Shown: one piece after another, positions 8,789-18,948 of the stretch | How positions within the stretch are numbered: position 1 is the first letter of the stretch | Layout of the letters: every line of letters starts with the position of its first letter | Origin: Syntrophales bacterium | Lineage (GTDB): Bacteria; Desulfobacterota; Syntrophia; Syntrophales; UBA2210 | Length of the DNA: 64,000 bases | Direction of reading: 5' to 3' | Assembly (NCBI GenBank): GCA_963666365.2 | Contig: CAXXNF010000001.1 | Span: 64,001-128,000 of the forward strand | The notes under the pieces: model-generated | Seen by the model: only the letters and a program-made list of their open reading frames with translations | Told to the model about the DNA's origin: nothing | Database searches by the model: none | Program-made: the position numbers and the translations under genes

Positions 8789-10210
8789 ATGAGTGGTAAT
8801 GGGAATATGCTCAATCGGTTTCTCGCGCCGGAAAGCATCGCAGTATTCGGAAGCATGCAGGAGAACTGGTTCTTCGGCGGCGGGGTCATCATAAACGACC
8901 TTTTAAAGTGGGGCTACAAGGGCGCGATCTTTCCCATTCATCCTAAAACTGAACGGGTATACGGGCTAAAGGTATTCAAGACACTGACTGAGGTGAAGGA
9001 AGTGCCGACACTTGCCGTGATTGTCACGTCCTACCGGAATGTCCCGGCCATTCTCGAACAATGCGGACGCAAGGGAGTCACATCGGCGGTCATCGTCTCA
9101 GATGGTTTCGGTGAAGCGGGACCTGAAGGAATCATGCGCGAACAGGAACTGATAAAAATCGCCCGATCCTTCAGCATCCGTATTATCGGACCGAACACAG
9201 TGGGCATCTTTAATGCGGCTGACTGGATTTCCACCGTCCCTTATGAAAAGGGATATGAGTACCACACCACGGGCAGTCTGTCCGTCATCACGCAGACAGG
9301 CATGTACGGACCCCAGGCAATGGCGTGGAACGAATATCACCAGGGGATCAACAAGGTAATCGATCTCGGGAACATGTGCGACGTCGACGAAACGGATTGT
9401 CTGGAGTATCTGGCAACGGACGAGGGCACCTCGATCGTGTCGCTCTATATGGAACACACCCGGCGGCCCGCTGCGTTTCGTAATGCGGCCCTTCAGGTGG
9501 CGCTGAGAAAACCGCTCCTCTGCCTGAAACCGGGAAAATCCTCAGGGGCGGCCCAGGCCATGGCATCTCATACGGGCTCGCTGGCAGGAGACGACAATCT
9601 CTACAGGGGGCTTTTTGCGCAGGCGGGCATCATCCGGGTGGAAGAATATGAAGATCTTCGGGACTGCGCCACCCCATTTGTACGCTACCCCCTTCCGAAG
9701 GGGAATCGCCTCGGCGTGATCACCTTTTCGGGCGCCGTGGGCATCCAGAGTATCGACGTCGCAGAGGCGATGGGACTGACATTGTCGCCTCTCACCCACA
9801 AAAGCAGAAAGGCGCTTGACCTCCTTCACGACACCCTGGGGGGACATCCTGTCGACATCGGCCCGGTCTCAGCTACGGCAGGCGTTGAAATATTCACCAT
9901 ATATAAAAGATGTTTCGATATTCTTACACACGACGACACCGTGGATTGCATCTACCTCAACACCTATGTTTCCCATGGACTGAAACCGGAATTTTACAAC
10001 GAACTTTTGGACTATATTGGAAACTACAGGGAAAAGCCGGTCGTTGCCTGGTCCTACGGTCCTTCGCGAAAACTGGTTACAGAATTCGGCGAACTGGCGG
10101 AATCATACGGAATCCCCTTTTTCTTCACCACCGCCAAGGCGATACGAAGCCTCGGCTATATGGCGCGGTATGCGGGGTGGAGGAAGGGTGTGGAAAGTAG
10201 GAAAGGTTGA
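8789..10210 (+). CDS. CoA-binding protein, NDP-forming acyl-CoA synthetase alpha-like (no ATP-grasp domain)
   Basis: P.SIAVFG, IIGPNTVG, SHTGSLAG phospho-His motif. Confidence 0.85.
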   Translation: MSGNGNMLNRFLAPESIAVFGSMQENWFFGGGVIINDLLKWGYKGAIFPIHPKTERVYGLKVFKTLTEVKEVPTLAVIVTSYRNVPAILEQCGRKGVTSAVIVSDGFGEAGPEGIMREQELIKIARSFSIRIIGPNTVGIFNAADWISTVPYEKGYEYHTTGSLSVITQTGMYGPQAMAWNEYHQGINKVIDLGNMCDVDETDCLEYLATDEGTSIVSLYMEHTRRPAAFRNAALQVALRKPLLCLKPGKSSGAAQAMASHTGSLAGDDNLYRGLFAQAGIIRVEEYEDLRDCATPFVRYPLPKGNRLGVITFSGAVGIQSIDVAEAMGLTLSPLTHKSRKALDLLHDTLGGHPVDIGPVSATAGVEIFTIYKRCFDILTHDDTVDCIYLNTYVSHGLKPEFYNELLDYIGNYREKPVVAWSYGPSRKLVTEFGELAESYGIPFFFTTAKAIRSLGYMARYAGWRKGVESRKG

Positions 10211-10308
10211 AAAGAAAAAACTTCCCAAAAAAGGTATGGCTTTGTTTTCGCTTGTCTTTTCTTACTTTTTTAACTCTTCCTACTCTTCATACTTTTCCTA
10301 CTACATTC

Positions 10309-10824
10309 CTATATACATATCCTCCATTCGCAGGACACATTGTCCGGGGTTCCCTCCGGTCGGGAATCGGGAGGAGTAAAGATGCGGGTTACCCGGGCAC
10401 GAGGGGTGAGCTTTCTGAAAAAGCCCTCCCGGAGCACCAGACCTCCTCGACCGCAGGCGTAGTATTCCATGCCCCACTTTTTTACGGCCTTTTGCGCCGT
10501 GCATCCGATGGTTCTCATAATCAATTCCCTGTCGGAGATCTTTGTCATCTCGATATCTTCAAAGGCGCACCAGTGGGAACGCTTCAGGAATTCCACCAGC
10601 CGATCGACTCCCCCGGCATCCTCTTCCACCACCCTTTGAAGCCTCCCGGCCTCGTAGGCGCCGAAATCCTCTGAAAGCTTTAAAAATTCATCGCTTTCCG
10701 CTTTTTCGGGGCAATGCTCCTTAATCCATCCCTCCATGAGAAACCACATATAGTTGAAACTGAATAACAGCTCACGCGTTACTTTGTGCAGATGGTCCTT
10801 GCTCCAATGGTCGATTTCGAACAT
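10309..10824 (-). CDS. conserved hypothetical protein (DUF6125-like, Cys-containing ligand-binding fold)
   Basis: GGAGGAGG RBS; WF...C.AQ...C...CEW pattern. Confidence 0.65.
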   Translation of the reverse strand: MFEIDHWSKDHLHKVTRELLFSFNYMWFLMEGWIKEHCPEKAESDEFLKLSEDFGAYEAGRLQRVVEEDAGGVDRLVEFLKRSHWCAFEDIEMTKISDRELIMRTIGCTAQKAVKKWGMEYYACGRGGLVLREGFFRKLTPRARVTRIFTPPDSRPEGTPDNVSCEWRICI

Positions 10825-11060
10825 TAATTCCTCCTCCACCTTGTAATCCACACCGAACAGATGATGAATGAAGATATAGAAGCGCCGCCGCACTGTCAAG
10901 ACCTTCATCCTCATTTGCAACACTTTTTCGTCCCTGCCCGCTCTTTCACTTTTACGGGCGCTCTCGGGAATCTCCATCTCGATTTTCCTGAAATAGCGCT
11001 TTTCTTACAGCCTTTTTTGTGCAATAAAAACCGGAGAGACCACAGGAAGGAGGGACGGTC

Positions 11061-11486
11061 ATGCTTTCACGAGAAGAAATCATAGCGGCGCTCGAGGAAT
11101 GGAATCGCGCATGGGACGCTCATGATCTTGATGGGGTAATGAATCTTTTTCACGATGATATTATCTTCAACAACTGGACAGAGGGAAAGGCGCACGGGAA
11201 AGAGGCCCTGCGCAAGGCGTGGGCTCCCTGGTTTCAGAATAACGGCGGTTTCCGGTTTATCGAGGAGGATCTCTTTATCGACGAGATGCAGCAGAAGGTG
11301 CTCTACCAGTGGAGTCTCGAATGGCCCTCTTCCGAAGCGGGCTTTGAAGGTCTGCCGGAGAAACGGCGCGGAGTCGATGTCATCTATTTCAAAGAAGGAA
11401 AAATATTCCGTAAAACAACCTTTATAAAAACCGCCGTGGAAATCAATGGGCGCCGAATGCAACTTTCGCCCCTGCGGGGCAGATAA
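11061..11486 (+). CDS. NTF2/SnoaL-like protein
   Basis: WN.AWD.HDLD.VM, GVDVIYF.EGKI motifs; AGGAGG RBS. Confidence 0.85.
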   Translation: MLSREEIIAALEEWNRAWDAHDLDGVMNLFHDDIIFNNWTEGKAHGKEALRKAWAPWFQNNGGFRFIEEDLFIDEMQQKVLYQWSLEWPSSEAGFEGLPEKRRGVDVIYFKEGKIFRKTTFIKTAVEINGRRMQLSPLRGR

Positions 11487-11622
11487 GGGTGTTCGACAAC
11501 CCCTTTGATTCTGAAACACTGCAAATGACAGCAGAATGCCTGTGGGTGCACGCACTGCGTGCCCCGGTATCTTTTTTTCTATGAACGCAACGACTCAAGA
11601 TCCTCTGTCCCGGCGTTTAAAG

Positions 11623-12246
11623 ATGAATATAGTACCGCACAGACGCGCTATCTCACAAATGACAGTCACGGCAATTGTGCTGGCGGCGGTTTTCATATGT
11701 TCTGCTTCGCTGCTTTACAGTGCAGATATCTATATGTACATCGACAAGGACGGTGTATACAATTTCACCGACCAACCACCGTCCCCTAAGTACAAACTCT
11801 TCATAAAGGACTGGAGCACCTCTCGTGTTTCCCCGGGCAGCTCAGCCCAATTTGACGAGCATATCAAGGCGGCTGCGAGAACTCATGAAATCGAAACACA
11901 TCTTTTAAAGGCCGTGGTGAAGGCCGAGTCAAATTTCAACCCCCGTGCCGTTTCAAAAAAGGGGGCGCTGGGTTTGATGCAGATTATGCCGGAAAATATT
12001 AAGGAATTGAACATAGAAAATCCCTTCGATCCACGCGAAAATATTATGGCCGGAGCCCGATACCTGCGGGAACTTCTCAACCGTTTTCAAGGAGATGTCC
12101 CCCTTGCCCTCGCCGCATATAACGCTGGTCCCGGAAGCGTTGAACGCGCCAACAGCATTCCCCCCATCAAAGAAACGGAAACCTTTGTCAAAAAGGTCCT
12201 GATGTACTACCGCGATTTCAAAAAGAAGAAGGAGGCACCCCGATGA
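11623..12246 (+). CDS. lytic transglycosylase (SLT domain) with N-terminal DUF4124-like domain
   Basis: AESNFNPRAVS, GALGLMQIMP, ALAAYNAG; start uncertain. Confidence 0.9.
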   Translation: MNIVPHRRAISQMTVTAIVLAAVFICSASLLYSADIYMYIDKDGVYNFTDQPPSPKYKLFIKDWSTSRVSPGSSAQFDEHIKAAARTHEIETHLLKAVVKAESNFNPRAVSKKGALGLMQIMPENIKELNIENPFDPRENIMAGARYLRELLNRFQGDVPLALAAYNAGPGSVERANSIPPIKETETFVKKVLMYYRDFKKKKEAPR

Positions 12247-12941
12247 TTGCGTCAATGAGCCGACTCATTCACAGGAGCTGCGGGTTCCTATGGATTCTTC
12301 CGCCCATGCTTTTATTGATCTCTTCTTGTACAACCCCCGCAGTGTACAATGTGGATATACTGTACATCCCGACAGAAGCTGAAAGAGAGATGATGCCGCA
12401 TAAGACTGCCGTCCCACCCGTTACGGTGGCTCTTTTTCAGGATGTACGGAACAGGGAAGATCCCATCGTAGTCGGTGCGGTACTGCCTGACGCGGAGAGG
12501 GAGAAGCCTCGACCGGTTCTTCCCAAATACAAAAAGCCTCCACAGGCCCTAGTGAACGCGATAGGAGATTTCCTGACTCGGCAAGGATACGCTGTCTCGG
12601 GTTCCCATCCTGACTGGGATCTTACGGAAGATACTATTGACGGATCATGGGGGGAGGTACTCCTGGGAGGGACAATTGAAGAGCTTTTCATAGAATGTGA
12701 TCGCTCGGGGATAATTAATAAGTATCGTGCGCGAGCGGGCGTTACAATCGTCCTTGCCGATATAAAGACAAAACAAATACTCTACCGGGTATCCGCTGCA
12801 TCCAACCCATCAAGGGATGACATCCGGTTCTCGGAAATAATGATGGAAAGAGAAATTAATCGGGCCCTTTCTTCTGCCATTGAAAAGGCCTTTGCGGAAA
12901 GCGCCCTCCTGTCGCACATAGACGCCATGTCCGGCATGTGA
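12243..12941 (+). CDS. hypothetical lipoprotein (YajG-like)
   Basis: Lipobox LISSC; ATGA overlap with the upstream gene. Confidence 0.65.
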   Translation: MIASMSRLIHRSCGFLWILPPMLLLISSCTTPAVYNVDILYIPTEAEREMMPHKTAVPPVTVALFQDVRNREDPIVVGAVLPDAEREKPRPVLPKYKKPPQALVNAIGDFLTRQGYAVSGSHPDWDLTEDTIDGSWGEVLLGGTIEELFIECDRSGIINKYRARAGVTIVLADIKTKQILYRVSAASNPSRDDIRFSEIMMEREINRALSSAIEKAFAESALLSHIDAMSGM

Positions 12942-13616
12942 CTAGAGGTAAAGTTTTGACGTACGCTTTTTCTCTCGCCTTCCCATGATCAACCCTATTA
13001 TCAGGCCGAAAAGAAGCACCAGCGCACCTGCCAGGAACCATCTGTGCCTGTGCGATGACCGCAACTGCATGTTTTCTTCTGTTACCTTTGCCAAATCTTC
13101 CTGCACTCTTGCAAGGTCGGCTTTGGTTGTATCGAAGTGTTTCTTCAGGTCAAGAAAACCGGATGCTTCATTTTTCAGTATCTCATAGTCATTTTTCACC
13201 GTGCGCAACGCTTCCGTCGTTTTTTTCAATTCCTTTTCAATCTCTACATTGCGGGCCTTGACCTCCTGAAGCTCCCCTTGCACTGGATTAACTGTTTCCC
13301 TGAGTTTTGCATTTTCCGCTTCCAGTGATTTGACACGCCTCTCCCAGGGTTCTCGGCTCATGAGATACCGGGTGAGTATCCAGCCTTCCTTCCCGCCGCT
13401 TTCCCTGGTCGTGCGGACATTACTCCACCCTTGCTTTTCAGTTATCACCTCAACCGCCTGCCCCGACCGAAGCATGCCGACAATTCTGAACTCTGTACCG
13501 GGACCGATTCTAAGCGGAGCATCCAGCTTGTCCGACACGTACACGGCAGCCGACACTGAAAGAGCCGTTGTACAGAGCCCTATTACTATAAGCGCAGTTA
13601 TAATTCCCCTTTTCAT
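12942..13616 (-). CDS. SH3-domain coiled-coil membrane protein (YgiM/TIGR04211-like)
   Basis: Signal peptide, YVSD...LR.GPG...EGWI SH3b motif, coiled coil, C-terminal TM WFLAGA. Confidence 0.85.
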   Translation of the reverse strand: MKRGIITALIVIGLCTTALSVSAAVYVSDKLDAPLRIGPGTEFRIVGMLRSGQAVEVITEKQGWSNVRTTRESGGKEGWILTRYLMSREPWERRVKSLEAENAKLRETVNPVQGELQEVKARNVEIEKELKKTTEALRTVKNDYEILKNEASGFLDLKKHFDTTKADLARVQEDLAKVTEENMQLRSSHRHRWFLAGALVLLFGLIIGLIMGRREKKRTSKLYL

Positions 13617-13774
13617 GGCAGATATCCCTTTGTGGTAAGTCTTTTTCTGTGTCCAATCCTATAACCCATAATCGACATGGCGGATAATTTCAAGTGATAC
13701 TCTATTTTTTTAAAGGAGCTTTTTACAAGACCGTCAGAACTTATTGGATTCCGGGATCACTCGCGAACCAATCT

Positions 13775-15148
13775 CTAGTCCCGCTCGAAAGATATACCGT
13801 ACTTTTCGAGCTTTCTTTCGAAGGTTGGTCGTGAAATTCCAAGAATTTCACATAACTCCCCTTTGTTTTTGTCGGTTTCTCTCAGCACTTTCCGAATGTG
13901 CATCTCCTCGACCTCGTCAAGAGTCATGAACCGTCCCGATTCCGTCCGGCCGCTTGTGCGGGGTTCACTTAGCCCCCCCTCTTTTTCTCGGAGAAGTTCA
14001 GGAAAATCACCCTTTCCCAATATTTGGCTCTTTGCGACCACCACGGCGCGCACCAGCAGATTCTCGAGCTCTCTGATATTGCCCGGCCAGCTGTAGTTGA
14101 GAAATACCTCCATCATTTCATCGGAAATGCCTGCAACTCGCTTATGGAGATCCATATTGATCTTCGTTAACAGATAGTCGACAAGATGAGAAATATCTTC
14201 ACGCCGCTCCCTCAGGGGCGGTATTTTTACAGTAACAATATTAAGGCGGTAATAGAGATCGTCTCTGAACTTTCCCTCCTTCACCATCTCCTCGAGATCT
14301 CTATTGGTTGCCGCAATCACCCGGGCATTCAGTTTGACACGATCTTTTCCACCCACCCGCTCGAATTCGCGCTCCTGCAAGACGCGAAGCAACTTAGCCT
14401 GAAGATTGACCGACATCTCGCTGATTTCATCCAAAAATACGGTCCCGAATCTTCCAAGTTCGAATTTGCCCTGTTTTCTGGCGATGGCGCCGGTAAAAGA
14501 GCCTTTTTCGTGCCCGAAGAGTTCCGATTCGAGCAATGTTTCCACGATTGCGGAACAGTTAACGGCGATGTATGGCTCATCGCGGGAGGTATTGTGATGG
14601 ATCACCTTTGCAATCAATTCCTTTCCTGTACCGCTTTCACCCTGAATCAACACCGTCGCCCGGTTCTGGGACACCACGCCGATCGTTTTAAAAATTTCCC
14701 TCATTCGATCGCCGTTGCCGATAATATCTCCCAGCTTGAAGTCTCTGGCAGGTTCCATGAGCAGGCTGTCGATTTTTCTTTCCATTTCGACGGTCTTCAA
14801 GGCTTTTTTTATGGCGATGTCCAGTTCATCTATATTGATCGGCTTATGAATATAATCGAAGGCGCCCAACTTCATGGCATTGATAGTGGTTTCCATGTCA
14901 TGGTGGGCGGTAATCATAATGACCTTGGCGTTCTCATTCTCCTCCTTTAAATCTTCAAGCACGGTAAACCCGTCAATATCGGGGAGCCGTATGTCCAGCA
15001 CCACCACATCAGGCAGCCGCTCTACATACCGGTTCAATCCCTCGGTCCCGGTGGAGGCGACAGACACATCGTACCCTTCTTCCGACAGATAGAGCTCCAG
15101 TGACTCGCGAATCGATTTATCATCATCAATAACAAGAATTTTCGCCAT
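13775..15148 (-). CDS. sigma-54-dependent response regulator (NtrC/AtoC family)
   Basis: Receiver domain (LDIRLPD), GESGTGKE, ESELFGHEKGSFTGA, WPGNIREL, Fis-type HTH. Confidence 0.95.
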   Translation of the reverse strand: MAKILVIDDDKSIRESLELYLSEEGYDVSVASTGTEGLNRYVERLPDVVVLDIRLPDIDGFTVLEDLKEENENAKVIMITAHHDMETTINAMKLGAFDYIHKPINIDELDIAIKKALKTVEMERKIDSLLMEPARDFKLGDIIGNGDRMREIFKTIGVVSQNRATVLIQGESGTGKELIAKVIHHNTSRDEPYIAVNCSAIVETLLESELFGHEKGSFTGAIARKQGKFELGRFGTVFLDEISEMSVNLQAKLLRVLQEREFERVGGKDRVKLNARVIAATNRDLEEMVKEGKFRDDLYYRLNIVTVKIPPLRERREDISHLVDYLLTKINMDLHKRVAGISDEMMEVFLNYSWPGNIRELENLLVRAVVVAKSQILGKGDFPELLREKEGGLSEPRTSGRTESGRFMTLDEVEEMHIRKVLRETDKNKGELCEILGISRPTFERKLEKYGISFERD

Positions 15149-15151
15149 AGT

Positions 15152-17827
15152 TTAATCCTTGGGAACAGTGAAAGCGGCGCCGGCATCTCCGTCGCTCCTC
15201 AGTTCTTGTCGACTCTCGGAGTAGGGGAAGGTCACAACAACCTTCGTGCCCTGCGATTTAACACTGAGAATCTCTATGCTTCCCTGATGAAGATCTACGA
15301 TCTTCTTTACCTGCGCAAGTCCCAGTCCGGTACCGTACTGCTTTTTTGTGAAGAAGGGGTTGTAAATTGACGGCATGTCCTCCTCGTCGATGCCGCATCC
15401 ATTATCCACTATTTCCACGGTCAGTGAGTGTGGGTCGTCATCGTTCAGACGGGTTGACAGGGTAAGCTCGCCCCCTTCGCCCATGGCATCAACGGCATTA
15501 TAAATAATGTTCAAAAATGCCTGCGCCAGAAGTGCTGGATCTACAACGATGGGCGATAATTTTTTCTCATAGCGCTTTCGAATTAAAATTTTCTTGTCTA
15601 AGAGCACCATATCAGCCATATGGAGGGCGTGGTCAAGAATCGCCTCGATCTCGGAGAACTCCTTTTGTGGATCATCAGGCTTGGCATAGATCAAGACGTC
15701 ACTGACGAGCTTCTCCAGGTGCCCCACCTCCCGTGCCGCTATTTTAAAACGTTTCAGATCGTTTCCGCCGGGCGTCATCCGCTTCTCCAGAATTTGAAGA
15801 CTCATTTTTATTGATGACAGGGCGTTCCTCAATTCATGGGCGATCCCCGCGGAGAGCTGCCCGAGGGCGGCAAGCTTTTCATTCTCAAAACTTTTTTTCT
15901 CCAGCTTCTTCAAAGCCGTGATATCCTGCTGAACAAGAATGATTCGGTCGGAACCGGGAACGGGACGCGGGGTAATGAGGAGATCTCTCTTTGACCCGTC
16001 GCGGGCAAGAGCTCTTATCTCGTAGGGGGTGAAGTCGCCCTGTTTCCCGTCTTCCCACTTTTGAAGCACGAATTCCCTGTTTTCGGGATCGACAAAATCG
16101 GCAAAATGCTTCCCCTTCAGTTGAGGTATTCCCGATACGCCTTCACGTTTGATATTATCCCGGCTCACATAATTAATGACGCCTTCGCTGCTCAGATCGT
16201 AGACCTTCTCCGGCATCGTATCTATTATGGACTGCAGATAATTATAGAGTTCCTCGATTTCCTTTCTCAACCGGATATTCTCATCAAGCTCGTTCTGGAG
16301 AGTCTCTGCATATTCCTTGAGACTCAGCTCCATTTCTTTTTCTTTGGTTATGTCCTGAAGAGTTTCTATCGCAGCGGTAATGCTGCCGTTTTCGTCGTAA
16401 ATCGGCGCCGCGAGAAAATAGAGATACCGTTCTTTGCCTCCAAGGTTCTCATAATGATCGAATGCTTCAAAGGCGCCTTCCACCCGGTCTGATTTTTTCA
16501 CCTCCTTTGTCCCGTAATAGTGTTCGAGAATTTCAAAACTCTGATCAATAATGATATCGGCAACCAGGGGGCGTGCATCCTTGTAAAGAGGCATGTAGTG
16601 CTTGTTCGTCCCGATCATCTCCGCGGCCGTGTACCCTGTCAGATCGGCGCAGGCCTTGTTCCATAGAATTACCCTGTGATTCGTATCGATCACCATGGTG
16701 GGGATCGGTGAGCCTTCAATAATGCCCTCGATGGTTTTGTGCTCCCGGATAAGCCGTCCCTGCCACTCTTCCCGCTCTTTGAGGCGCTTCAGTTCTTCCT
16801 CAGCCCTCAGTTGTCTGGTGGCGACAAAGCCGATTACAAAGGCAGCGGCTATCACGATTATGATAAGCCCCATGGCGCCCGCCATTATATTAATAAACGC
16901 CTTACGCATGAGATCTATCACTCTTCCATAGGGGGTCACAAGGACAAGGGTCCATCGATCACCCTTGACGTGCACGGGGGCATAAGCCACGATCTGCTTC
17001 TCCTCATTTCCCATGGCATCGCGGATCAACCACTGATCGTATCCGGCATTTCCTTTCAGAAAAACCTCTCTGAGTTGAGAGACCGCCGCATTTCCTCCCG
17101 TTACGAGGACGCTCACGTCCATGCCGATCAAATAGGGGTTGGAATGCGCCATGAAGGTTCCCCCCTTTTCGATAAGCCAGCTGTCGGTAAATTCACGGCG
17201 GCTCAGTGGACCTGCATAGCGGTCTATCACTGCGTCAAGCAAGAGAAAGGCTATCACTGATCCTGTATACTGCTTGTGATGATTATATTTAGGGACGGGT
17301 ACCGCTATTGCCGATTCGGTGGCACTCATGCAGTTCGACCCCAGAGGCAGACGAATCAGCGGCGTGACCGTCGATTCCGGCAGAAGGCCGGCTTCTCCCA
17401 AGGCGGTCTGCCATGCATCGAAACAGGCTTTTGTTTTTACCTTCTTTTCCGGCCAGAGGAATACCAGTTCTCCCGCTGAATTGGTCATTCCAATAAGGCG
17501 CACCTGATGACCCACATTGTCATAAAGGAGCTTCAGAAGTTCCTTTGTCTTCTCCACATCGTAGTTTTCCCTTTCCGCAATATTGACAAAGGCGGAAAGG
17601 TTTTCTCTCGCTCCGTCAATCAGATCCTCGATACCTGCGGCCGCGGCATTTGCTATCGCCACATGCTGGTCTCCGAATTGCCTTGCGATGTCTTTTTCCC
17701 TGGCATGATTCACCGTCAATGCCAAAAGGAGAATAAGAATGATCAGCGACGCCGTTGCCAACCAGACGGAAATATTCATATCAAGTCTGAAAGTCCGCCT
17801 TTTTTTTTCTCTGTCTCTCGCATTCAT
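15152..17827 (-). CDS. membrane sensor histidine kinase (Cache-PAS-PAS-HisKA-HATPase)
   Basis: Two TMs flanking a periplasmic domain; PAS motifs; AHELRN H-box; DNGCGI, FFT and GTGLGL boxes. Confidence 0.93.
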   Translation of the reverse strand: MNARDREKKRRTFRLDMNISVWLATASLIILILLLALTVNHAREKDIARQFGDQHVAIANAAAAGIEDLIDGARENLSAFVNIAERENYDVEKTKELLKLLYDNVGHQVRLIGMTNSAGELVFLWPEKKVKTKACFDAWQTALGEAGLLPESTVTPLIRLPLGSNCMSATESAIAVPVPKYNHHKQYTGSVIAFLLLDAVIDRYAGPLSRREFTDSWLIEKGGTFMAHSNPYLIGMDVSVLVTGGNAAVSQLREVFLKGNAGYDQWLIRDAMGNEEKQIVAYAPVHVKGDRWTLVLVTPYGRVIDLMRKAFINIMAGAMGLIIIVIAAAFVIGFVATRQLRAEEELKRLKEREEWQGRLIREHKTIEGIIEGSPIPTMVIDTNHRVILWNKACADLTGYTAAEMIGTNKHYMPLYKDARPLVADIIIDQSFEILEHYYGTKEVKKSDRVEGAFEAFDHYENLGGKERYLYFLAAPIYDENGSITAAIETLQDITKEKEMELSLKEYAETLQNELDENIRLRKEIEELYNYLQSIIDTMPEKVYDLSSEGVINYVSRDNIKREGVSGIPQLKGKHFADFVDPENREFVLQKWEDGKQGDFTPYEIRALARDGSKRDLLITPRPVPGSDRIILVQQDITALKKLEKKSFENEKLAALGQLSAGIAHELRNALSSIKMSLQILEKRMTPGGNDLKRFKIAAREVGHLEKLVSDVLIYAKPDDPQKEFSEIEAILDHALHMADMVLLDKKILIRKRYEKKLSPIVVDPALLAQAFLNIIYNAVDAMGEGGELTLSTRLNDDDPHSLTVEIVDNGCGIDEEDMPSIYNPFFTKKQYGTGLGLAQVKKIVDLHQGSIEILSVKSQGTKVVVTFPYSESRQELRSDGDAGAAFTVPKD

Positions 17828-18185
17828 GCCTATGGGGCCTATGGAAATACCTTTTAATTTTATGGGGGACCTACGCTTTTTCAGTCAGAGTCTTCTTCAT
17901 CTTCCTCATGACGCGACTTGATTGCAATAAATACATACACCCCCACTGCGGCGCCAAGGGAAATGAGCAGCGTTGCAAGCCCGCTTTCAATGCCCAGCAC
18001 CCACTTACAAAGGAGCCATGCCACAAGATATGTTACCAAAGTCAAGATTTCCTGCATGCCACACCCTCGCTCACGTTGTCACAAGACCATGTAGAGATTT
18101 TCATAAGGGGCTTGCTTCATCCTCAATGCACTGACGGACCTTATCCGGATCGCCACGATTCCAACCGAGTACTTCTCAAATAGCG

Positions 18186-18209
18186 CAACCCGTCATTATT
18201 GACGGGTTG
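18186..18209. promoter_or_regulatory. perfect palindrome, candidate enhancer (activator binding site)
   Basis: CAACCCGTCA-TTAT-TGACGGGTTG about 190 bp upstream of the sigma-54 -24 box. Confidence 0.45.
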
Positions 18210-18399
18210 ATACTACAGGCGACGCAGGTTATTTTCAATAAAATTATCCATTCTACTTTTCGTTCAATGCAATGAGTCAATTTAAAAAAACGTTCAACGA
18301 AAGCATGCAGAACCATCCTTATGGAGGCGCCAATCAAAAGCGCCATAGTCTCTTTTAATACGAATGGTTGCATAGCAATGGCTTCTTGCTGCTTCACAA

Positions 18400-18415
18400 T
18401 GGCACGGCTATTGCT
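18400..18415 (+). promoter_or_regulatory. sigma-54 (-24/-12) promoter
   Basis: TGGCACGGCTATTGCT matches TGGCACG-N4-TTGCW with GG-N10-GC spacing; about 100 bp upstream of atpE. Confidence 0.85.
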
Positions 18416-18516
18416 GAACTGCAGATACATTGAAAATATCATTTTCATAATAAAAGGATTTATTGTACAAGGGTGTACAAATGAATGGAGAAAGAAGAAT
18501 GAAAGGAGTCTCAACA

Positions 18517-18894
18517 ATGAAAAGGAAGTCAAGAAAACTGCTCTTCGGATTACTGGCAGCAATAGTGATCCTCATGGCGACATCGCCTGTTGCCCTTGCC
18601 GCTGATGCAATTCCGGCGGAAGGCGCCCCGTTAATGAAGGTAATCTTTTCCGTCGGAGCTATGATAGCGGCAGGTATCGCCATTGGGTGCGGAACCATCG
18701 GCGCCGGTGCCGGTATCGGTAATGCGGCAAACGGCGCCTGCGGCGCGGTAGGTAGAAACCCCGGCGTCCAGGGAAAAATCCTCATGACCATGCTGGTTGG
18801 TATGGCCATGGCCGAGTCCATCGCGATTTACGCCCTCGTCGTTTCGTTGGTTCTTTTGTATGCGAATCCCTACAAGAGTTTCCTTTTTGGCTAG
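18517..18894 (+). CDS. atpE: F0F1 ATP synthase subunit c, stand-alone, with N-terminal signal-peptide-like extension
   Basis: GxGxGxG motif, loop RNP, AESIAIY catalytic Glu; AAGGAG RBS. Confidence 0.92.
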   Translation: MKRKSRKLLFGLLAAIVILMATSPVALAADAIPAEGAPLMKVIFSVGAMIAAGIAIGCGTIGAGAGIGNAANGACGAVGRNPGVQGKILMTMLVGMAMAESIAIYALVVSLVLLYANPYKSFLFG

Positions 18895-18948
18895 AGAAAA
18901 AAATCTGAATTATAAACGCCAAAAAAATAAACTTAGGGGGAGAATACA

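Noticed and set aside
18005..18065. Minus-strand TGGCA motifs as sigma-54 promoters for the kinase
   Set aside because: No GC at the required GG-N10-GC spacing.
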